Assembly (NCBI GenBank): GCA_937140905.1
Contig: CAKZQO010000053.1
Span: 1-62,366, forward strand
Direction: 5' to 3'
Length of the DNA stretch: 62,366 bases
Origin: an uncultured Spirochaeta sp.
GTDB taxonomy: Bacteria > Spirochaetota > Spirochaetia > DTKZ01
Below, one piece after another: positions 39,369 to 46,666 of this stretch (position 1 is its first letter; every line of letters starts with the position of its first letter). Below the pieces are notes generated by a model that was not told the origin of the DNA, did not search any database, and saw only the letters and a list, made by a program, of their open reading frames with translations. The position numbers were made by a program, and so were the translations under genes.

Positions 39369-40746
39369 ACTAATCCTTGTTTTTTCCATTCTTCTGGCTC
39401 TCTTTGTCCTACAGTGGTTTCTATTCGTAGACCGGGAACAGAAGCTTCTGACGGAAGAAATGGAGGAAAGAGGAAAGGTTTTAGTGCGAACGCTAGCGGA
39501 TCTCACAAAGGAACCGCTTCTTGCCTTGCAACTCGGTCGGATCGACCAACAGCTACAGTCCATTCGCAGGGAGCGAGACGTAGTATGGGCAAGGGTGGCA
39601 GACAGGAATTTTCGAATCCTTTCAGATACGAGAAAAGAAGAGGAAGGATGGATTCTCTCTGGAGCGCTTCCGAAGGATCTTTCAACGGAGTTCCAGGGAT
39701 CTATCTTGATCGTTCGATCTCCCATTCTGATTGCGGGATCCCTAGCGGGCATGGCGGAAATCGCCTTCACTCTGGAAACCCTAAAAACCAAAATTGCCAG
39801 GAACCGAAGGATCTTTCTTGGAATTTTTGGGTTTCAATTAGGGGTGGGAATCACAATGTTTTTCCTCCTCCATCTGCAGGTGTTTCGTCCCTTGGGAATC
39901 GTTCTGCGGAGGATCGTGGAGCTTCCTCCAGAAGCGGAAAGTTTGCGAATCGAAGTACCTCAACACGCGTCCCCAGAAATAGTGGCCATGGTGAAAGCGG
40001 TTCAGGACATGCGGGAGCGACTCGTGAGGTTTCAGCGGGAGGTTCTAGCCGAAGCTCGGTTCGCCGTCATGGGAAAACTCGCTACCCATATGGCCCATGA
40101 GATTCGGAATCCCTTGGAGGCCATCTCGGGAGCGGTAGAACTGATCGACCCAGAAGTGACGAACCCCTCTGCTCGGGAATACTTGGGAGTGATTCGGGAA
40201 GAAATCGGGATCTTGAATAACTATTTGAAAGAGGTTCTCGAGGTGGCTAAGCCGGAACTCTCTCAGACAGCTCTTACCGATCTTTCCGTGCTGGTGCAGG
40301 AAACGCTTCTCCTCCTCACTCCTATGGCCCGCAAACGGGGAGTGAACCTTACGATACAAGCTCCCCCAGAGCATCTTTCTCTTTGTTGGGTAGATCGTTC
40401 GCAGTTGAAACGAGTGTTCCTCAATATTATCCTCAATGCGATCGAAGCTTCCAGTGTTGGAAAGGAAGTGCAGGTGATCCTTGATCAACAGGATGACCAA
40501 GTAGGGATTTTGATAAGGGACTTTGGGTGTGGTATTCCAGAGGCGATCCTTCCCAAAGTGTTTGAGCCCTACTTCACGACAAAGGAAGAAGGAACGGGAT
40601 TAGGATTGTCCCTCAGTAAACGGATCGTGGAGCACCATGGGGGCACGATAGAGATTTCATCAAAGGCAGGTTGGGGTACCGAAGTGTGGGTATGGTTGCC
40701 TGCATCAAATAGGAGGGAAGGTGGCACGGATCCTATTGGTGGATGA
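39352..40746 (+). CDS. Sensor histidine kinase (TM-HAMP-HisKA-HATPase)
   Basis: 464 aa. H-box LATHMAHEIRNPL, N-box ILNAIEAS, G-boxes DFGCGI and GTGLGLS. Confidence 0.88.
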   Translation: MALQSKLILVFSILLALFVLQWFLFVDREQKLLTEEMEERGKVLVRTLADLTKEPLLALQLGRIDQQLQSIRRERDVVWARVADRNFRILSDTRKEEEGWILSGALPKDLSTEFQGSILIVRSPILIAGSLAGMAEIAFTLETLKTKIARNRRIFLGIFGFQLGVGITMFFLLHLQVFRPLGIVLRRIVELPPEAESLRIEVPQHASPEIVAMVKAVQDMRERLVRFQREVLAEARFAVMGKLATHMAHEIRNPLEAISGAVELIDPEVTNPSAREYLGVIREEIGILNNYLKEVLEVAKPELSQTALTDLSVLVQETLLLLTPMARKRGVNLTIQAPPEHLSLCWVDRSQLKRVFLNIILNAIEASSVGKEVQVILDQQDDQVGILIRDFGCGIPEAILPKVFEPYFTTKEEGTGLGLSLSKRIVEHHGGTIEISSKAGWGTEVWVWLPASNRREGGTDPIGG

Positions 40747-42037
40747 TAAACCCAACATCCTCAAGGTGATGGGAGCGGTGCTCCGGCGTGATGGGTACTC
40801 GGTAGAGGTAGCATCCGATGCTCCATCCGCTTTACGGATGGCCCTAGAGAAGAAACCCGATATCATCATCACGGATGTTCAGATGCCGGGAATGAATGGA
40901 GTGGAACTGTTCCATTCCTTGCGAACCCGTGGGTTGGACATCCCCTTGATCTTCATTACCGCCTACGCGTCCATCCCAGAAGCTGTTACGGTGATTCGGG
41001 AAGGGGCGGTGGACTACTTGACGAAACCGGTGGATTACAAGGCGCTGAAGGCGTTGATTCGACGTTTGCTTTCCGCTTCGGCGGAACGGAAGCGATTCGA
41101 GTTGTCAGAGGAACGGTACCTGATCGGTTCCACTCCGGTAATGCAGACTCTCTACGAGAGGATCGATGCGGTAGCTCCCACCGCGGCCACCGTGCTGATT
41201 CGAGGAGAGAATGGCACGGGGAAAGAACTGGTAGCCCGGGCTATTCACCGGAAGAGTCGATTTCGGGAAGGACCCTTCATCCCTGTGAACTGTGCGGCTT
41301 TTAACGTGAATCTATTGGAATCCGAACTGTTCGGCTACGAAGCAGGGGCATTCACCGGCGCTCATCGCCGAAAAATAGGATTCTTCGAGACTGCCCAGGG
41401 AGGTACTTTGTTTCTGGATGAGGTCTCTGAACTGTCGGTAGATCTTCAGGTAAAACTTCTACGAGTTCTCCAGGAACGAGCGTTTACCCGGGTAGGGGGT
41501 ACGGATCTCGTGAAAGCGGAGTTCCGTTTGATTGCCGCTACGAATCGGGATTTGGAACAGGAAGTAAGAGTGGGTCGATTCCGAGAGGATCTTTTCTATA
41601 GGTTAGCGGTAGTACCCCTCTGGGTACCTCCTCTACGGGACAGGCTTCCGGATTTAAGCCTTCTGGTCTCCCATTTTATCGAACGGATCTGCCAAAGGGA
41701 AGGGTTAGAAAGACCAGACATTACCCAACCTTTTTTAGACGCTCTCATGAACCATACCTGGCCTGGAAATGTGCGGGAGTTGGAGAACATGATCGAGCGA
41801 ATCTTGGTCCTATATCGGCCCAAGATCTTAGGTAGGGAACTCCTTGCAAAAGAACTCCCTCAAGTGTTCGGGAAGGAAGAGGAAGAGAAAGAGGACGAGC
41901 GGGAAACTATTCTAAAGACCTTGAAGCTCTGCCGGGGAAATAAAACAGAAGTCTCCCGGATTCTCCATATGCCTCGTCGAACCCTCTACTACAAACTCAA
42001 ACGGTACGGGATTTCGGAAACTGAGTATCTGCCCTGA
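40721..42037 (+). CDS. Sigma54-dependent response regulator (NtrC family)
   Basis: 438 aa. REC domain, AAA+ domain (GENGTGKE, ESELFGYEAGAFTGA), and a Fis-type HTH. Confidence 0.92.
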   Translation: MARILLVDDKPNILKVMGAVLRRDGYSVEVASDAPSALRMALEKKPDIIITDVQMPGMNGVELFHSLRTRGLDIPLIFITAYASIPEAVTVIREGAVDYLTKPVDYKALKALIRRLLSASAERKRFELSEERYLIGSTPVMQTLYERIDAVAPTAATVLIRGENGTGKELVARAIHRKSRFREGPFIPVNCAAFNVNLLESELFGYEAGAFTGAHRRKIGFFETAQGGTLFLDEVSELSVDLQVKLLRVLQERAFTRVGGTDLVKAEFRLIAATNRDLEQEVRVGRFREDLFYRLAVVPLWVPPLRDRLPDLSLLVSHFIERICQREGLERPDITQPFLDALMNHTWPGNVRELENMIERILVLYRPKILGRELLAKELPQVFGKEEEEKEDERETILKTLKLCRGNKTEVSRILHMPRRTLYYKLKRYGISETEYLP

Positions 42038-42074
42038 AATGAGTTGCCTTGATTCCCCCACGAGATGCCCCATC

Positions 42075-42142
42075 GTGCACTGTGGGCAAGTATGCACACT
42101 TTGCACAAAAATGCGCAAAGATTAGTCATCCAAGATTGCACA
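42075..42142. promoter_or_regulatory. Array of TGCRCA half-sites (candidate enhancer for the adjacent NtrC-type regulator)
   Basis: GTGCAC at 42075-80; TGCACA at 42093-98 and 42102-07; TGCGCA at 42112-17; TGCACA at 42137-42. They lie 35-100 bp upstream of the sigma54 promoter. Confidence 0.45.
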
Positions 42143-42173
42143 GATCAAGTGAATTTCGCCTTAAAATTTTAGT

Positions 42174-42189
42174 TGGAATGAAAATTGCA
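42174..42189 (+). promoter_or_regulatory. Sigma54 (-24/-12) promoter
   Basis: TGGAATGAAAATTGCA has GG and GC in the canonical 12-nt register. Lies 41 nt upstream of the ATG at 42230. Confidence 0.6.
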
Positions 42190-42229
42190 AATTTAGAAAC
42201 ATCTCAATCTCAATCTCAGGAGGTTTCCA

Positions 42230-42577
42230 ATGAAACGATGGATTTTAATGAGCCTATTGGTGTTCCTCTCCGTTTCCCTTGTCTTCGCTTCTGGGGCAAA
42301 GGAAAAGCAAGAGCAGAAAGTGGTAGTGTATTCCAGTGTGGATGAAGCGAACGCCAAGAAGATCCTCGATGCCTTCACAGCTGATACAGGGATAAAAGTA
42401 GCCTTTGTGCACCTTTCCTCTGGCCCTGCCATAGCGCGGATCAAGGCAGAGATTAACAATCCCCAAGCAGACGTATGGATGGGAGCGCCCAGTGAAAACC
42501 ATATCGTGGCAAAGGAAGAGGGGCTTACCATTCCCTATAAGGGAGGTGCTTTTGATTCTTTGGCTCCCCAGTTGTAA
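42230..42577 (+). pseudogene. 5' fragment of an Fe(III)/phosphonate-type ABC substrate-binding protein gene, truncated by the prophage
   Basis: 115 aa with a signal peptide and VVVYSSVDE...GIKV...ADVWMGAP, typical of FbpA/AfuA/PhnS-type binding proteins. Those proteins are normally about 330 aa. The ORF stops 10-15 nt before the phage-end-like sequence. Confidence 0.7.
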
Positions 42578-42586
42578 CGAAACGCA

Positions 42587-42630
42587 TGATTTGAGAAAAA
42601 TTTACACTTGAAATGAGAAAAAACCGTGTT
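42587..42630. repeat. Putative transposable-phage terminal sequence
   Basis: tgatttGAGAAAAAtttaCACTTGAAatGAGAAAAAACCGtg. It starts with TG, has a duplicated TGAGAAAAA (42592-600, 42614-622), and carries CACTTGAA..GAAAAAACCG. That last motif resembles the phage Mu L1 end as I remember it (CACTTGAAGTACGAAAAAAACCG). The exact terminus is not resolved. Confidence 0.4.
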
Positions 42631-42640
42631 TTTAAGGGTC

Positions 42641-43750
42641 TTAATGGGCAATTTCGTGCCTTTTTATCATTGCTTGGAGGCAGTGTAGCATCAATTTTTC
42701 CACTATTTTATGGCTTGCTGTATCGGCACAATGTCCAATCCACGAGCCAAAAGATTTAAGCAATTTCTCATCACTAATAGATCCATTTCTCCAACACTTA
42801 ACGCGTTTCTGCATTTTTCTTATATGTTGTTTTTTAATTAGTTTTTTACCTCCCCATACCCTATACCCAACGAACTCAATGCCATTTTTAACGGAGTCAA
42901 TTCTAGTTTTAGGATTAAGCCTAAGGGATAGTTTAGTAGTTAAAAACGTGTTTATATCACGCAACAGTCTTTTCAGTATCGTTTTGCTTGCATGTAGCAC
43001 AATAAAATCATCCATATACCTAAGATAGTATTTAACCCCTCTTACGTGTTTCATCCAATGGTCAAACTCGTGAAGATAAATGTTCGCAAACAGCTGACTC
43101 ATAAGGTTCCCGATAGGCAGGCCGGTTTCTGGCGTACTATTCAAAATCTCGTCTAGAAGCCACAGAATCCCATCGTCTTTTATATGGTTAGACAGTATAG
43201 ATCTAAGAATCACGCGATTTATCGAAGCAAAGTATTTAGAAATATCTGCTTTAATATAATAATGTACCCCTGGCTTTGAAAGAAAGAACGACAACCTCCT
43301 TGCAGCTTTATGAGTGCCTTTGCCTTTTCTACAAGCATAACTATCATAGATCACCCGTTTATCAAATAAAGGCTCAATCACATTGTTAAGAGCGTGTTGT
43401 ACCACTCTATCCCGGAAAGGAAGAGCCACTATTTGGCGCTTTTTCGGTTCATAGACAATGAAAGGACGGTAATTTCCCACTTTGTACGTTCTCCAAATCA
43501 ATTCGTTCTGGAGCTCAATAAGGTTTTCTTCTAGTGCGTATGAAAACGATAACACTTCTTTTCGATAACGTTTTTGTTTTCTTGCTTTTAGATAGGCGTC
43601 ATAGAGGTTTTGATAATCGTACACTTTTTCGAACACTCTAAACCTCGTTATCCAATAAAAATACGCCCCACCCGCAGGTAGGGCGCTAGCATAGTTTTGC
43701 CTTCCAGTCCTTTTGACTGGATCGGCAGGGAGCGTGATCTGACAATCCAT
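42641..43750 (-). CDS. DGR reverse transcriptase
   Basis: 369-aa ORF. RT motifs PKKRQIVALPFRDRVVQHAL, IGNLMSQLFANIYL (SQ signature) and RYMDDFIV. No En/maturase extension. The true start may be the GTG at ~43636 (RVFEKVYDYQNLYDAYLKARK), leaving a ~165-nt spacer after TR. Confidence 0.93.
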   Translation of the reverse strand: MDCQITLPADPVKRTGRQNYASALPAGGAYFYWITRFRVFEKVYDYQNLYDAYLKARKQKRYRKEVLSFSYALEENLIELQNELIWRTYKVGNYRPFIVYEPKKRQIVALPFRDRVVQHALNNVIEPLFDKRVIYDSYACRKGKGTHKAARRLSFFLSKPGVHYYIKADISKYFASINRVILRSILSNHIKDDGILWLLDEILNSTPETGLPIGNLMSQLFANIYLHEFDHWMKHVRGVKYYLRYMDDFIVLHASKTILKRLLRDINTFLTTKLSLRLNPKTRIDSVKNGIEFVGYRVWGGKKLIKKQHIRKMQKRVKCWRNGSISDEKLLKSFGSWIGHCADTASHKIVEKLMLHCLQAMIKRHEIAH

Positions 43751-43801
43751 CTGTCACTGCGATCGGCGCCGTGACGCCGAATCGTCGAGTCATGTTGATT
43801 C

Positions 43802-43910
43802 TCACAGGCAAGACGCACACCAATGTTCGTGCTCACATTCCACGGCCAGTTGTTCACGTTCACAGCCCGAGGCCCCGCAAACACGCCGTTGTCCCAGTTC
43901 GCGCCTACTA
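43802..43910 (-). repeat. DGR template repeat (TR), non-coding
   Basis: 109 nt, 95/109 identical to VR at a 473-nt offset. Begins 4 nt after the avd stop. Rich in AAC codons when read in the VR frame (track ORF 43648-43917 is the resulting spurious translation). Confidence 0.92.
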
Positions 43911-43913
43911 ACA

Positions 43914-44243
43914 TCACGCCCCCTTAAGGAGACCGCCTACAATGCGGCCTATCTCAGCCACCATCTTACTAGCTGTCTCATAGCTATGGTGACTGAGGTA
44001 TTTCCTACGATGGCTATGTCGTATCAACCACCGAAGGATATCGAGCTGGTTGTCGATCTCATACAGTCCTGATAGTTTCTGTTTGGATTTGTTTGTCCGG
44101 ATAGTCTTAAGCAGGATATCATAGCAAGTGTTTTTAATCTGGCTACACAGGGCAAACTTTTCATGTTTTGGGAATCTGTCCACGATAGGGAAAAACCATT
44201 CCACAAAATCTTCAAGTTTCTGCCACAAAATAAACCCTTCCAA
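43914..44243 (-). CDS. avd: DGR accessory variability determinant (Avd, four-helix-bundle protein)
   Basis: 109 aa with a TTG start. Basic helical protein of the family annotated as 23S rRNA intervening-sequence protein (FPKHEKFALCSQI...). Positioned between the target gene and TR. Confidence 0.85.
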   Translation of the reverse strand: MEGFILWQKLEDFVEWFFPIVDRFPKHEKFALCSQIKNTCYDILLKTIRTNKSKQKLSGLYEIDNQLDILRWLIRHSHRRKYLSHHSYETASKMVAEIGRIVGGLLKGA

Positions 44244-44264
44244 TCCAGACCCCCAGATACCAGA

Positions 44265-45458
44265 TTACAGACTGTCACAGGCAAGACGCACACCAACGTA
44301 CGCGCCCACATCCCACGGCCAGCTGCCCACGCTCACAGCCCGAGGCCCCGCAAACACGCCGTCGCCCCAGCCCGCGCCCACTAGATACGCTACGAGGCCT
44401 GTGTTATTTGGCAGATACGCCTGCCCCTTACCGGAACCCAGCACGTTTTGCCACGCCCACGACGTGGAATCATGCCGGTTGGACAGTTCATCTAACCATT
44501 CCCAGAGATTCCCTACTGCATCCACAATGTTATATGCGCTAATGGCCGCCGGCTTTACGCCCGTACTAGGATCATATGCGCCTGTGGAGGGATTTACTCG
44601 GCATCCAGTACGGGTGCGGCCCGTGTTGCTTGTTTTTGTCCACCCGTAGGTGTCTGCATTATCAAGCCCCTGAGGATTCCCATAGGCGGCCCTGATCCAC
44701 TCCCCATACGTTAGGAGTCGCTTCCCTATACGACTGGCCAATTCATTGAAGGTATACCAGTTCAGCCCCTCGGTGCCTGACACCGGGATTTGGCCATATC
44801 GTGACTGTAGGCGCCCAGAAGCGATATGGAGGCCGTTCGTGCCGCTCTCGAATGTGATGGTCTCTGCGGCACTGGAAAGATAGATATCTACCCAGATATG
44901 GCCGATTTTTACCATACCTTCAGGTGAGCATATAGGGCGGTTTTTCAAGTCCCAGACGCTGTTGGGAACAATCCCTACAGTTACATTATCTCTCCAGTTA
45001 GGGGTGCCGTTGCCGAATTTTACACCGCTGCCATCTATAGGCACCCAGAGGCCATCACTGGAAACAATCCTGATATGCCCGTAGTGGAACCCGCCGATTT
45101 TGCGGGAGGATGTTTCCGTATACCCAGCAGGGTAAGTAGAGTTAAGGCTGATCTTAAACACTCCATCTCCGCCGTTATCACAGAGATAGACGTAATAATC
45201 TTTTCCTACCTCAAACGAAGAACCCTGATCCAGATCTAGGGCAGATAATTCAATGTCGTTCCGTACGGTGTAGATCTTCCATGTTTGGTTTAGTAGGGAT
45301 ATAACCGTATCTTTTTTTACGATTATTTTGTTCTCCGTATAGGAGAAGGGGTTCTTTTTCTCCAGGTAGGCTGGTCCGGGGGATTTTACATCATGGAACA
45401 ATGCAAGCCATTCTACAGATGCGTCGTCCACATAGTCTTTCACTCGGTATAAAGACAT
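44265..45458 (-). CDS. DGR target: phage tail-fibre / receptor-binding protein with a C-terminal FGE-sulfatase / C-type-lectin-fold domain
   Basis: 397 aa. Last structural gene of the tail module. The C-terminal YGEWIRAAYG...VGNLWEWL...VR pattern resembles Mtd/TvpA-like DGR targets. Confidence 0.88.
   Translation of the reverse strand: MSLYRVKDYVDDASVEWLALFHDVKSPGPAYLEKKNPFSYTENKIIVKKDTVISLLNQTWKIYTVRNDIELSALDLDQGSSFEVGKDYYVYLCDNGGDGVFKISLNSTYPAGYTETSSRKIGGFHYGHIRIVSSDGLWVPIDGSGVKFGNGTPNWRDNVTVGIVPNSVWDLKNRPICSPEGMVKIGHIWVDIYLSSAAETITFESGTNGLHIASGRLQSRYGQIPVSGTEGLNWYTFNELASRIGKRLLTYGEWIRAAYGNPQGLDNADTYGWTKTSNTGRTRTGCRVNPSTGAYDPSTGVKPAAISAYNIVDAVGNLWEWLDELSNRHDSTSWAWQNVLGSGKGQAYLPNNTGLVAYLVGAGWGDGVFAGPRAVSVGSWPWDVGAYVGVRLACDSL
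44275..44383 (-). repeat. DGR variable repeat (VR), within the 3' end of the target gene
   Basis: Encodes LVGAGWGDGVFAGPRAVSVGSWPWDVGAYVGVRLAC. It has 14 substitutions relative to TR, all at template A. Confidence 0.92.
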
Positions 45459-45471
45459 ACGTCCCTCCTTT

Positions 45472-45744
45472 TTACAGTTTGTCTATCATCGATTGAATCT
45501 CGGCCTCGCTGAGACCGGACAGAGCGAACGGAGAGCTGGGGTCGAGCTGGTCTTCAAAGTCTTCGGGAAGAAGATCCTCAGGCGATTTTTGCACCCCGCC
45601 TCTAAGTACTTTGACGGTCCTGCTTTGGAGTAATGCCCGAAGGCGTTCTTTTAGAACAGGACTTTCTGTAGGATGTCTTTTTGTGTACTCGAACGCATTA
45701 AGCCAATCCTGTCGGGTCTGTAGGTACATGGGCAATCCTTTCAT
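45472..45744 (-). CDS. Phage hypothetical protein
   Basis: 90-aa ORF, in the same orientation and tightly packed between the fibre gene and upstream phage genes. Confidence 0.55.
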   Translation of the reverse strand: MKGLPMYLQTRQDWLNAFEYTKRHPTESPVLKERLRALLQSRTVKVLRGGVQKSPEDLLPEDFEDQLDPSSPFALSGLSEAEIQSMIDKL

Positions 45745-46148
45745 ATGTCCTCCTTAAAGCTTTTTAAGTATGTACGGATCTCACTGATCCTTTTCCTAGC
45801 CCTTTCTCGCTGGATGATCACCTCATTTGGAGGCTCCTTTCCATTGTCTAATTTGCGGATAATGTACCAGTCCGTCTGATTTAAATAATCCTGGTACAGC
45901 GACAGTTCTTTCTTCATCTGGATTTCAGGTGGGATAGGGGCAGGGTCGTATTGCAACGTTCCATCTTCTTTTATTACCCACAGCAACTCTCCGTCTTCTC
46001 CGACAAGATTAACTGGCAGAGGGCCTGACAACTCATTCTTAGATATCTGTACAACAGTAGTATCTTCAACTTCACGGGATAGAGTATAACCAGCTAGGTA
46101 CTGTCTACCGCAGATTTTTTTGATCTGGACAGAATAGATCGGCTTCAT
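45741..46148 (-). CDS. Phage hypothetical protein (possibly fibre-associated or a chaperone)
   Basis: 135 aa. Overlaps both neighbours by 4 nt. Confidence 0.55.
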   Translation of the reverse strand: MKPIYSVQIKKICGRQYLAGYTLSREVEDTTVVQISKNELSGPLPVNLVGEDGELLWVIKEDGTLQYDPAPIPPEIQMKKELSLYQDYLNQTDWYIIRKLDNGKEPPNEVIIQRERARKRISEIRTYLKSFKEDI

Positions 46149-46666
46149 GGTTTTCCTATATATAGCCTTCCAAAGGAGATAAACCTAGGATCATTCATTG
46201 AGTAGCTACGCTCAGATACGCCGTTGATTCCTTCTTCAGACTTGAGCGTAGAATCTATAAATACAATTCTATCCGCTTCCGTTTTTACAAATAAGGCCAC
46301 ATGAGATATACGGTTATCTTCTCCCATAAAAAGCAGATCTCCTGGGCCCAGCTCAGACAAGGAAAGTTCTTTTGTATATCTTTTTAGTCCATAAGAAGTC
46401 TCATCTTTAAATAGGAGAAAATATCCATAATCCCTTGTAGCATATTCATAACAGCGGATAACCAATCCCGAACAATCAACTACGATTTTCGGTAACGGAT
46501 CCTGCCCTCCCCATTGATAGCCTGCTCCCGCTTCAATGTATTTCCGAGCGTACTCAATTGCTTTTTGGCGTACTTCCTCAGGAGCAATAATCACATCATA
46601 GCTGTCCCTTATGGAACAGGACGATGTAGCCAATATGATAGAGACGACTAATAACACACCCTTCAT
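46145..46666 (-). CDS. NlpC/P60-family cell-wall hydrolase lipoprotein (phage-encoded)
   Basis: Start moved to the ATG at 46666 (MKGVLLVVSIILATSSC lipobox), directly after the upstream stop. Catalytic Cys context VVDCSGLV and His context ISHVALFV. Confidence 0.78.
   Translation of the reverse strand: MKGVLLVVSIILATSSCSIRDSYDVIIAPEEVRQKAIEYARKYIEAGAGYQWGGQDPLPKIVVDCSGLVIRCYEYATRDYGYFLLFKDETSYGLKRYTKELSLSELGPGDLLFMGEDNRISHVALFVKTEADRIVFIDSTLKSEEGINGVSERSYSMNDPRFISFGRLYIGKP

Larger units (their letters stand above)
42641..45458 (-). mobile_element. Diversity-generating retroelement cassette (target/VR - avd - TR - RT)
   Basis: See the component features. Canonical order and spacing, with adenine-specific TR/VR divergence. 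Confidence 0.92.

Noticed and set aside
39414-40100. 228-aa plus-strand ORF
   Set aside because: It is an alternative frame within the histidine kinase gene. It is Gly/Arg/Ser-rich and has no start context.
42641-43750. RT as a group II intron maturase or a retron RT
   Set aside because: It has no X/maturase or En domain, and I saw no intron-like or msr/msd-like structured flank. The SQ motif, adjacent Avd, and TR/VR pair with A-only mismatches identify it as a DGR RT.
43648-43917. 89-aa minus-strand ORF (MMLVGANWDNGVFAGPRAVNVNNWPWNVSTNIGVRLACE...) that looks like a paralogue of the fibre C-terminus
   Set aside because: It is the template repeat read in the VR frame. It has no SD site, overlaps the avd stop and the RT start, and its homology ends exactly at the TR borders. 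I treat it as non-coding DGR template RNA.
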